Source: Candidatus Firestoneibacteriota bacterium (lineage in GTDB: Bacteria > Oederibacteriota > D2-FULL-39-29 > JBDRBU01). From it: 27,041 nt of DNA. The notes beneath the pieces are model-generated. The model did not search any database. It was not told the origin of the DNA and saw nothing but the letters and a program-made list of their open reading frames with translations. A program made the position numbers and the translations under genes. The stretch is from NCBI GenBank assembly GCA_043822305.1, contig JBDRBU010000101.1, positions 1-27,041 on the forward strand. Direction: 5' to 3'. Numbering within the stretch: the first letter of the stretch is position 1; each line of letters begins with the position of its first letter. Of the stretch, positions 1-9,600 are shown in pieces.

Positions 1-56
1 TTAAAAGCTTCTAATGCTACTCGTCCCTTGAATCCTGCTTCAAACTTTTTCTTCAT
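1..56 (-). CDS. IS3-family transposase OrfA, N-terminal part (partial)
   Basis: ATG at 56 (minus) after AAGGAGGGTCTAAA translates as MKKKFEAGFKGRVALEAF, matching the typical HTH_Tnp_1 start (K-F-S-x-E-F-K-A-K-V-A-L-E-A). Confidence 0.75.
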   Translation of the reverse strand, partial: MKKKFEAGFKGRVALEAF

Positions 57-141
57 TTTAGACCCTCCTTAGGCTTTATTATACATAATTTTTCACCTTA
101 AAACCTGCCTAAAAGTGGCCCAGTTTTTCTAGACTATTATA
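1..141 (-). mobile_element. Left end of an IS3-family insertion sequence (runs off the window start)
   Basis: Minus strand from 141 reads TATAATAGTCTAGAAAAACTGGGCCAC, resembling IS3-family terminal inverted repeats. It is followed by an SD (AAGGAGG) and an OrfA-like start. The oxidoreductase-like frame on the + strand begins right at this boundary. Confidence 0.7.
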
Positions 142-142
142 T

Positions 143-571
143 ACTAAGGTTAAGGATGTTTTCTGTCAGACTGATACATTAGTGCAGTCATACCCTGTAG
201 AAGATACATCTACTGTTCTTATGCGATTTAAAAATGGTAGTCATGGTGTTGTTGATAGTTGTTTTAGTATGCCCAATATAAGTTCAAAGAACAGGTTAGA
301 AGTATACGGCAGTAAAGGAAGTGTACTGTGTGAAGGGACAATAGGACAATTATCTACAGGACAGATGGAAATAAATATTGGAAATATTTCTGGAAGAAAA
401 ATTTTAAAACCAAAGCCGATAAATATATACAAAGCAGAAATAGAATCATTTTCAGAAGCAATAGAAAAAGATAAAAAACCTGAAATTAGTGGCGAAGATG
501 GTTTATGGAATCAGAAAATTATTTTAGAATGTTATAAATCAGCAAAACAAAGAAAAACTATTGAGTTGTAG
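143..571 (+). pseudogene. Gfo/Idh/MocA-family oxidoreductase, C-terminal half, interrupted by the IS
   Basis: The frame is open upstream of GTG 182 (TKVKDVFCQTDTLVQSYPVEDTSTVLMRFKNG...RLEVYGSKG...EIESFSEAI...SGEDG...YKSA), typical of the GFO_IDH_MocA C-terminus. No Rossmann N-terminal domain or SD lies between it and the IS end. Confidence 0.75.
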
Positions 572-1931
572 ATAAGATATCTCGGGTTACTGATACACTA
601 TTTTTATCCATTATAGTATAATTAACTTTTTTAAACTCGGGCTTATATTTTAATTTATTAAATCTTAAACTTCCTATACCTTCATCACCCATCGTATTTA
701 TATATTTAAAATCTTTTAATTCATTGCAAAATTCTTTAAATATAAATGGCGATGCCCCTTTAATCTTTTGGTTGCTTACTTCAGTAAGAATACAAAAAAC
801 ATCTTTATTGATACTGCATCCAAAAGTATAAGCAATCACAGTTTCTTTTGTTTTGTCAACGACAACTCGACCAATAAGACCTAATTTTTTATAATTTGTA
901 AATATTTTTTTATGAGAAGTATTGGCATGCTGTAATAAAAATTTTTCATAATCAGTTTTTGTTTTTTTAAATTTTTCATTTAACCAGATATTAAGTAATC
1001 CTACGCAACCTGCCAGATGAGTTTCATTATATTCTTCGTAGGAATATTTATTTTCTTTTTCAAATACATTGCAAAGCCATCTAAATGTTTTATATTTATC
1101 GCCTTTTAATGTTGATAGATTTTCTGTTTTATAAATATATTCATCATCTTTTTTAAATATCTTGAATTCATTTGGAGATAAAGATGTAATAGTATCTTCG
1201 CTTACATTTTCTATTCTTGATATTTCTTTACCCCCGCACCAATATCTGGTGCGGGGTTTATTTTCATTATAAAAATTCATAATATCAAAACATTTTTTAA
1301 AGACTTCTTCAATATTGTTATGTAAATTAAGAGGTGCTATAGGCATGAATATTTCATTTCCATTTTTTGCAAATAAACAAAATGAATTATCTATCATTTT
1401 CCAAAAGTAAGAAGTTGTATCTTCCCATATAAAATGATATGCAAAAGTATATGCACTTAAAAAAGAATCTTCAGGTAAAAATTGATTAAAAAACAATCTA
1501 TCATTAATTGTTAGTTTGTTTAATGTTTGTGATTTGTGATTTGTGTTTTGTAATATTTTTATTGGCACAAAACTATCTTCCCATTTAATAGCATCTTCTG
1601 CCGGAAATTTGATTTGAGAAAGGTTTAATGTGCTAAGTTTTGATATTATTTCTTCTGTATTTGGACAGGTATTATCTATGGCCAGTAGTATATTTTCTTC
1701 ATCTTCGCTTTTTGCTATTACATACGGATATAACTGGCAGTCAGTGGGTCTTTTGGAATATATTTTACAATTATTTTTTTCAATGTTAAAACCAGAACAG
1801 ACAAATAAATCATTATGTTTTTTCAAAGTTAAACCACTTGGTTTTAAATTCGAGTTTTCTTCTGAAAACCTGCAACATATTTTGCAATTTAAACAGTTTT
1901 TATTTATAGTGAGTCTAATTAATCTTTCCAT
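558..1931 (-). CDS. YkgJ-family cysteine-cluster domain fused to DUF2156 (lysyl-phosphatidylglycerol synthase-like GNAT) domain
   Basis: N-terminal CxxCxxCC (CLNCKICC) and CKIYSKRPTDCQLYP motifs. C-terminal DUF2156-like motifs EYIY...LKGDKY, AYTFG and YINTMGDEGIGSLRFNKLKYKP. ATG 1931 preferred over TTG 1967. Confidence 0.8.
   Translation of the reverse strand: MERLIRLTINKNCLNCKICCRFSEENSNLKPSGLTLKKHNDLFVCSGFNIEKNNCKIYSKRPTDCQLYPYVIAKSEDEENILLAIDNTCPNTEEIISKLSTLNLSQIKFPAEDAIKWEDSFVPIKILQNTNHKSQTLNKLTINDRLFFNQFLPEDSFLSAYTFAYHFIWEDTTSYFWKMIDNSFCLFAKNGNEIFMPIAPLNLHNNIEEVFKKCFDIMNFYNENKPRTRYWCGGKEISRIENVSEDTITSLSPNEFKIFKKDDEYIYKTENLSTLKGDKYKTFRWLCNVFEKENKYSYEEYNETHLAGCVGLLNIWLNEKFKKTKTDYEKFLLQHANTSHKKIFTNYKKLGLIGRVVVDKTKETVIAYTFGCSINKDVFCILTEVSNQKIKGASPFIFKEFCNELKDFKYINTMGDEGIGSLRFNKLKYKPEFKKVNYTIMDKNSVSVTRDILSTTQ
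1227..1260. repeat. GC-rich palindromic element inside the CDS, flanked by TTTA direct repeats
   Basis: TTTA-C-CCCCGCACCA-ATATC-TGGTGCGGGG-TTTA: perfect 10-bp stem; 26 bp plus a 4-bp duplication gives 30 bp, in frame. Confidence 0.8.
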
Positions 1932-1975
1932 AAAGTTTAATTTATCATAGAAAATCGTATAAATCAATAAAGTTC

Positions 1976-2004
1976 TTGCAAATTTACAATAATTTATGTA
2001 TTAT
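1976..2004 (+). promoter_or_regulatory. Putative sigma70 promoter for the ECF operon
   Basis: TTGCAA-N17-TATTAT upstream of the sigma gene. Confidence 0.45.
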
Positions 2005-2010
2005 AACTAT

Positions 2011-2038
2011 GGAACTTTTAATAAGTTTAATTGTCTAA
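2011..2038 (+). promoter_or_regulatory. ECF (sigmaE-like) autoregulatory promoter
   Basis: GGAACTT-N15-GTCTAA immediately before ATG 2042; the same boxes and spacing recur at 3604-3631. Confidence 0.8.
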
Positions 2039-2041
2039 ATT

Positions 2042-2611
2042 ATGGGTGATGAAGATATAGACATAGTATTAGTTAATCAGTTAAAAGGTGGTAAAACCAC
2101 AGCATTTAATCAGATAGTTTTAAAGTATAAAGACAAGGTTTTTAATACTGCTTACAGGTTTTTAGGTAACTATCAGGATGCGAATGATTTAACACAGGAA
2201 TGTTTTGTATCAGTGCATAATGGAATTAAAAATTTTAGAGGAGAAAGCAGTTTATCAACCTGGATTTATAGAATTGCAGTAAATGCGTGTAAAAATAAAT
2301 TAAAAAGTCTTGAAAGAAGAAAAGATTTTAAAACACTTTCTTTGAAAGAAAAGATTTTAGATATTAAAGACAATAATTCTCCAGTTGAGTTATTTGAAAG
2401 AAAAGAACTTGAAAATAAAGTGCAAAATGCAATAGATTCTTTGCCAGAGGACTGGAAAGAAACAGTAATTTTAAGAGATATAGAAGGGCTTACATATGAA
2501 GAGATAGCCAAGATTTTGGGATGCGAGGTGGGAACAATAAAATCAAGAATCCATAGAGCCAGGATGTCTTTAAGAGATAAATTAAAAGAAGTTGTTAATG
2601 AGGTAAGTTAA
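2042..2611 (+). CDS. ECF RNA polymerase sigma factor (RpoE/SigW-like)
   Basis: Region 2 (DANDLTQECF...FRGESSLSTWIYRIAVN) and region 4 (LRDIEGLTYEEIAKILGCEVGTIKSRIHRAR); 189 aa. Confidence 0.95.
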   Translation: MGDEDIDIVLVNQLKGGKTTAFNQIVLKYKDKVFNTAYRFLGNYQDANDLTQECFVSVHNGIKNFRGESSLSTWIYRIAVNACKNKLKSLERRKDFKTLSLKEKILDIKDNNSPVELFERKELENKVQNAIDSLPEDWKETVILRDIEGLTYEEIAKILGCEVGTIKSRIHRARMSLRDKLKEVVNEVS

Positions 2612-2612
2612 G

Positions 2613-3584
2613 ATGGATAAAAATTGCAAAGATATATTAGAGTTACTTTCAAGTTATCTTGAAAATGATCTGGATGAAAAAAAGATGATAGAAGTAAAGC
2701 ACCATTTATCAATTTGTAAAAAGTGCAAAAAAGAATATGAAAGTTTATGCAAAACAGTAGGAATATTAAAAAATTTGCCAAAATATACTGCACCATCGAG
2801 TATTTTGGCAAAAGTAAATAAAAAAATACAAGAAAGAAAACCCTTTTGGGAAAAATTATCCCCATTTGGTTTTAAGATTTCATTAGGGACTGTATCGTTA
2901 ATTATAATAACATTAGTTTCTTTTCAGTTATATAGATATATTTCTATAAATTCTATAAATGAGCAAAAGATAACTAAAAAAGAGACCATCAAAAAACTTG
3001 AAAAAAAAATAATGAATAATTTAAAGAAAGATATTAGTGGGGAATTAAAAGAATCCGAGAGATCTCCGCAATCGCTACCAGCTCAAGATAAAGTTGAAAG
3101 TTCTACCATAGAAAAACAAGGGGTAACTAGTGCTATTAAGGAAAGTTTAAGAAATGAAGAAGGAGCAGGTAATTTAAAAAATAAAGATGCTTTATTAGGA
3201 GGAGGAAGAGGAATGATGTTTGATGCAAGACAGGGAGAAGAATTTAATGAATTAAAAGGGACAATGTGCAATTTTAAAGAAAGAAAAAATCTTATCATAA
3301 AGACCAATGTAGAATGGGAAGAGGTATGGAAGAAAACATTTTCAGATAAAGAGATTCCAAAAATTGATTTTGATAAAAAAATGGCTATATTAGTATTTGC
3401 TGGTGAAAAAATGACAGGTGGATATGAAATTAGTATTAAAGAAATTAATTACGAAAAAGATAAAATAATAGTAAAAATAAGTGAAATTATTCCTCCTCGA
3501 AATGCATTTTGTATTATGGTCATAACTTCCCCATTCTATATAAAAATAATTGATAAATCTGATTTACCCGTAGAATTTAAATAG
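2613..3584 (+). CDS. Zinc-finger (zf-HC2/ZAS) anti-sigma factor with TM helix and C-terminal PrcB_C-like domain
   Basis: N-terminal HLSICKKC (HxxxCxxC); one hydrophobic segment (ISLGTVSLIIITLVSF); C-terminus PKIDFDKKMAILVFAGEKMTGGYEISI...VITSPF resembles the PrcB C-terminal domain. Starts immediately after the sigma stop codon. Confidence 0.85.
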   Translation: MDKNCKDILELLSSYLENDLDEKKMIEVKHHLSICKKCKKEYESLCKTVGILKNLPKYTAPSSILAKVNKKIQERKPFWEKLSPFGFKISLGTVSLIIITLVSFQLYRYISINSINEQKITKKETIKKLEKKIMNNLKKDISGELKESERSPQSLPAQDKVESSTIEKQGVTSAIKESLRNEEGAGNLKNKDALLGGGRGMMFDARQGEEFNELKGTMCNFKERKNLIIKTNVEWEEVWKKTFSDKEIPKIDFDKKMAILVFAGEKMTGGYEISIKEINYEKDKIIVKISEIIPPRNAFCIMVITSPFYIKIIDKSDLPVEFK

Positions 3585-3602
3585 GGACAGATACCATTTT
3601 TT
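3579..3602 (+). repeat. Short REP-like imperfect palindrome (GGGACAG family) overlapping the stop codon
   Basis: AAATAGGGACAGATACCATTTTTT shares AAATAGGGACAG with 9673-9684. Confidence 0.5.
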
Positions 3603-3603
3603 T

Positions 3604-3631
3604 GGAACTTTTTATCCTTTCTGTTGTCTAA
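3604..3631 (+). promoter_or_regulatory. ECF promoter for the alpha-2-macroglobulin gene
   Basis: GGAACTT-N15-GTCTAA, same as 2011-2038; SD GGAGG precedes ATG 3697. Confidence 0.8.
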
Positions 3632-3643
3632 AGTAATGAAACG

Positions 3644-3678
3644 AACAACCCCCTGGCCCCCTTTAATAAGGGGGAATA
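3644..3678 (+). repeat. REP-like hairpin repeat (CCCCCTT-N4-AAGGGGGAAT family)
   Basis: AACAACCCCCTGGCCCCCTTTAATAAGGGGGAATA; a related inverted copy lies at 26939-26975. Confidence 0.65.
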
Positions 3679-3696
3679 AAAAACATTGGAGGTTTT

Positions 3697-6600
3697 ATGA
3701 GAAAGATTTGTAAATGGTTTGGACTTGTCTTGTTTTTAATGCTTTTTGTAAATGGGGTAAAACAAGTTTCTGATATAAAAAAGGCCGATAAGTTGTTTGA
3801 AAAAGGAGTGTTTCAGGAAGCATTAAAGGAATATGAAGAAGTTTTTAAAGAAACAAAAGATAAAGAGGTTAAATGGAAGGCATTTTTTAGAATCTGCGAG
3901 TCTTTAGGACATTTATTTAGATATGGAGAAGCATCACAAAAATTATTTGATGTTAAAATTCCGGATACAATGCCTTATCGTGCCAGAATATTAATTCTTA
4001 AGGTAGAAGTTTTAAGAAATTTCTTAATGCAGTATTCTAATATTCAAACTAAAGATGTAATAGAAGAAGAAGGAAAAGAAGTTTTTAAGTGGACTCCAAA
4101 AGAGATAAAAAATGAGATTAAAAAAACTTATAAAGAACTTTGGAGTTTGAAAACCGAACTTGTGAAGATGGACATTAAAAAAGAAGATTATTTTATAGAT
4201 ATAAAAGATATAGATTTTGGGATGTATCCAACATTATTTGATTTTGTAGTATATAGATTATCTGATTTTTTAATTTATTTAACAGGTGATAAAAATGTTA
4301 TTCCTCCTGATTGTGAATTAATATTAGTTAAAGATTTTGATAGACCACTGAATTTTGAAGATACTCCTGCATTACTATGTGCGGAGGTTTTAGAAGAAGC
4401 GTCTAAATTTGAGGCAAAGAATCGTACCGAAGCATCTGAAAGATTAAAAATAAAAAGATTATTACTTCCTTTAAATTATCCTAATCTTTATATCGTAAAT
4501 TCATCAGGTAATAGAGATGTATACTTAGATAAAGATAAGTTTTGCAGAAATAAATTAAAAGAAATTTTAAATATATGGATGAAAGAATTTAAAACAAAAG
4601 AAGGAAAAGGAGAAGCAGGATATAAGATAGCGGAGATATTAAATAGGGAAGGGAAATACATTGAATCTGTAAAAATATGTGAAAAAATTGAAAAGGAATT
4701 TGGGGGAACATATGCATCTATCCAAGCTAAAAAATTAAGATTAGAAATCCAGAAGCCTTTGCTTTATATTGATGCTAAGACTATCATGCCTTTTAACGAA
4801 GGTGCTATTTCAGGGACAACAAGAAATCTAAAAGAAGTTTATTTCCGTATTTATAAAGTAATTCCAGAAGAATTTAAGGAAATAAGGAAAGGTATTTATA
4901 GAAAAAATTATCGTACGGATTATAAAATAGAAGATTGGTCAAATGTTTTTAATAATATAGACGAGGAAACAATAAAAAAATATTTGGCTAAAGAAGAACT
5001 CTATAAATCATGGAAAATAGAAACAGAAGATAAAGATGATTATAAAATAATTACAAGTAAAATTACTCATCCAAAATTAGAAGGTGGGATTTATTTAGTT
5101 ATTGGATGCAATGATAATTCCTTTAGTGTCGGAAGTTCTTTAATTAATGCAAGTCTTTTAAATGTAACAGATTTAAGTTTAATCACTACTTCGGGATTTA
5201 CTAAAAAGACAAAATCAGCATATTATAATTTCATAGATAATGAAAAAGAGGATAATTTTTCTGATGATTGTTTTCGTTTTTACACATTAAATTCCAAAAC
5301 AGGAAAACCAGTTGAGGCTGATATAAATGTTTATTATTCTGTTAGAAATAACAGACAAAATATAGATTTGAAAACAAAAGATGGATTTAATTCATTATCT
5401 TTACCTCTTTCACTTTTCCCACATTCTAGTAATTATTATAATATAAGTCCTTTAGCAAATAAAGATGGTTCATATGCTTATTTACAAAATGACTTTTATT
5501 TTAATTATAATCCACCAAATCCGATAAGATTATTTTTAGAATTAGATAGACCTATATATAGACCATCGGATAAAGTTTCAGTAAAAGTAGTAGTTGTAAG
5601 AGATTCTTCTAATGGATTTAAAACTTTAAATAATAAAGAAGTTAAATTTAATGTTTATGATGTTAATCATAAAGAGTTTTATAATGAAACTGCAAAACTT
5701 AATGAGTTTGGTAGTGCGAATATCTCTTTTGAAATACCAAAAGGAAGGTTACTTGGAAATTATAGTATTTCTGCTTCTTGTCTGGATGGTAGATTTCATA
5801 ATCAAACATCTACATCTTTTTCTGTGGAAGAATATAAGAGACCCGAGTTTGAAATTAAATTATCTAAATTAGAAGAGGCAGTTAAATACGGGAAATCAGT
5901 TAATGTTAAAGGAGAAGCAAAATATTATTTTGGTGGACCTGTTCCTGATGCAAATATTAAATATCGTATTGTCAGACAGACTTGGATACCCTGGTTTTAT
6001 CGTTATTGGTTTAGTCAAGGGTATTCTGCAGGAGAAGAAGAAATAGCCACAGGAGAATTAAAAACAGACTCTAACGGGAATTTTGTTATTCCATTTATCC
6101 CTACTCTCCCATTAGGACAAGAATACTCAGGTAAAATTCCTGATATTTCTAATTATTTGGTTGAAGTAGAAGGAAGAGATTCGGGAGGTAGAACTATAAA
6201 AGGAAAAGAAAATTATAAAGCAGGTAAGCATAGTTTATATTTTGAGATAATTCCCAGAAAAGGATTCTTTTTAGAAAATGAGACAGTTGAAATAGAATCT
6301 AAGTTGCTTACAATAAATGATACCCCATTTAAAGGTAAGAGTGGTTATGAAATATGGACACTTAAAAATGTTCCTCCTAACCCTTCAGGATCTAAAGAAG
6401 AATATTGGGTGCCACCTTTGGATATGCAGTTGAAGGATATTCCTAATGATGAATTAGTAGCATCTGGAAAAGTAGAACATAATGAAGATGGAAAAGGAAC
6501 AATTAAAATTTTAAATCTTAAACAAGGAGTATTTAGAATTATAGAAAAAACCAAAGATTTGTGGGGGGAAGAAGTTAAACAGGAAAAAATTTTTGTAGTA

Positions 6601-9600
6601 GCCAAGGATAAAAATACTGCAGTTCCTATTCCAGCGAATATTGTTACATTAGTTGAAAAAGACGAATATGAAATTGGTGAAACTGTTAGATTTATTATAG
6701 GTTCTGCAAATTGTTCTGGAACTTATTTTATAGAGATTTATTGTGGTGAGTATTTTGTTAAATATAAACTAATAGATAATAATCAACCAGTAACTATGAT
6801 AGAAATTCCAGTAACAGATGAACTTAAAGGAGGATTTACTTTAAGATGGTTTGGGGTAAATAACCTTGAAGTTTATGGTAATAAAATTACAGTTTCTGTT
6901 CCATATGGAGAGAAAAAACTTAATATCCTTTTAAGTAAGTTTGATAAAGAGTTGCAACCTGGTAAAGAAGCTGAATTTGAAGTCAAATTAAAAGATAAAA
7001 ATAATTCAGATGTAGAGGGAGAGGTTCTTGCTTTAATGTATGACCGTTCTTTAGAATATTACTTAAAAAGAGAAGGTAACTGGCTTGATAGTCTTTATAC
7101 TTTAAAAGATTTTTATCTTTATTTGAATGATTCTGTATTTAATCATTACAGAATAGATTTACCTGTAAGAGAAGGTTGGATAAAAGAGATGATTGATTTG
7201 ATTTATGGTTCTCGTAAAGAATCTAAAGACCCATCTTTACGAATATGGAGGACATGGGCTTATGCAAATGGTGGTATGAGAAGGTCGTTGGGGGGAAAAG
7301 GCATGAAAATGAAAATGAAAAAAGATGTTTTATCGGCTGCAAAAATGGAATCTCTTGCTACTGACAGTTTAAAAGTAGAACCTGAAAATGGAGGAAAAGA
7401 AGTTGCAGTTGAATCAAGAAAACAATTTGCTGATACTGCTTTCTTTATGCCTCAGATCATAACTAAAGGCGGTACGGCAAAGTTTAAATTTGTTGCTCCA
7501 GAACAACTTACAAGCTGGAAAATTAAACTGTTTGCATTAACAAAAGATGTAAAAGAAGGAAAATTAGATGAAGAAGCAGTTACAAAAAAAGACCTAATGG
7601 TTAGAGTTGATATCCCGAGATTTTTCAGGGAAAAAGATAAAGGAGAAATAACAGTTATTGTCCATAATGAATCAAAAGAACAAATTGAAGGAGAATTATT
7701 AGTTGAAGTCAAGGAAAATAAAAAATTAATTAACGAAAAAATAAAACTTTTGGATAATAAAAAGAAATTTAAAGTAGAATCTCATAGTTTGGCAAGTTTT
7801 AAATGGACGATAGAAATACCTGATGGAATAACTACATATAAAGTTAAAGCAACAGTAGTTTCTAATAAATACACTGATGCAGAAGAGAGAGAACTTCCAA
7901 TACTTCCATCCAGACAGAGATTAATTGAATCTGCGTTTGCTTCTTTATCTGGAAAAATTTCAAAAGAACTCAAAATTAATTTAAAAGAAGATCCTACAAG
8001 AATCAATGAAGCCATGGTATTTCAGATAGAACCATTAGTTGCATTAAGTTTATTAAATACAATACCATTTCTTATTGAATACCCGTATGAAAGTATCGAC
8101 CATATATTGAATAAATATGTTCCACTTTCAATAATAAATGAAGTCTATAAGAATTATCCAGATATTAAAAAATCTGTAAGTAAAATACCAAAAAGAAAAA
8201 CAGTAACACCACCCTGGGAAAAGGAATCTCCACAAAGACTTATAACACTGATGGAAACACCATGGATATGGCAGTCAGAAGGAAGACCAACACCATACCC
8301 AATAATAGACTTATTGGATCCAGAGATAGTCGAGAGACAAAAAGAGGTAAATTTAGAGAAATTAAGTTCAAATCAGCTTCTTAATGGAGGGTTCCCGTGG
8401 TTTCCTGGAGGAAGGGATGATATGTATATTACATTATATGTTTTAGATGGATTGGCCGAGGCGAAAAGATATAAGGTTGATATGCCGAAAGATGTAATTA
8501 ATAAAGCATTAAATTATGTAAATAATGAGATTCCTAATAGAGTAAAAAAAGAAGAAGGAAATTTATGTATAATTGCATATGCGTCTTATATTTTAACCTG
8601 TTATTTACCAAATGAATTTTCCTCTGCAGGAAAAAGCCATGAGTTAGTAAGAAAATGGGTAGAATTTCTGGAAGAAAATGTTTTTGCTCTGACACCATTA
8701 GGAAAAGCATATTTAGCTTATACATTTTTACATCTGGGTGATAAAGAAAAAGCAAATAAATATTTAGATATGGCTATGGATGGAAGCAGGGAGGACCCTG
8801 ATACTGGAGTTTACTGGACACCAGAGAAATACTCCTGGGTTTGGTATTCTGATACAGTAGAAAAGCATGCGTTTTTATTAAAAACTTTACAGGAACTTAG
8901 ACCGGATGATAAAAGAATTCCTGGAATGGTTCAATGGTTATTATTTAATAAAAAAGGAAATGTATGGAAATCTACAAAAGCATCAGTGGCCGCAATTTAT
9001 TCTTTATTAGATTATTTAAATAAAATAGGTTCTTTGAATAGTGATGAAAAATTTAAAATAAAATGGGCTAATTTAACTGATTCAATTGTCATCAAGCCAG
9101 ATGATTGGTTAGAAAAGCCAATTAGATTAAAACAGACCGGATTTGAAATAACTAAAGATAGTAATACGGTTAAAATAGAAAAAGATGGACCTGGTTATGC
9201 ATTTGCTTCTTTAACCTGGACATACTTTACAGACCAGTTACCATCTGCATCTACTCCAGGGATATTAGAATTAAAGAGAACATTTTATAAAAGGGTTAAA
9301 GAAGGAGAGGATTATAGTTTAAAGCCAATAAAATCGGAGGAAGAAGTTAAAGTAGGAGATGTGATAGAAATTCATTTAAAGATAAATACAAAGAGTCAGT
9401 TTGAGTATATGCATTTGAAAGATTTTAAACCATCTGGATTTGAAGCAGAGACTCTTCTTAGTGGATGGAAATGGAATCCACTCTGGTTTTATGAAGAGCC
9501 AAGGGATTCATTGACAAATTTCTTTATAAGCTGGCTACCACCTGGAGAATATATTTTAAAATATAGAATTAGACCAACTAAGACCGGCACATATAGAGTA

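Noticed and set aside
2009..2038. 9-codon ORF MELLISLIV upstream of the sigma gene
   Set aside because: It coincides with the ECF promoter boxes and has no SD; likely chance.
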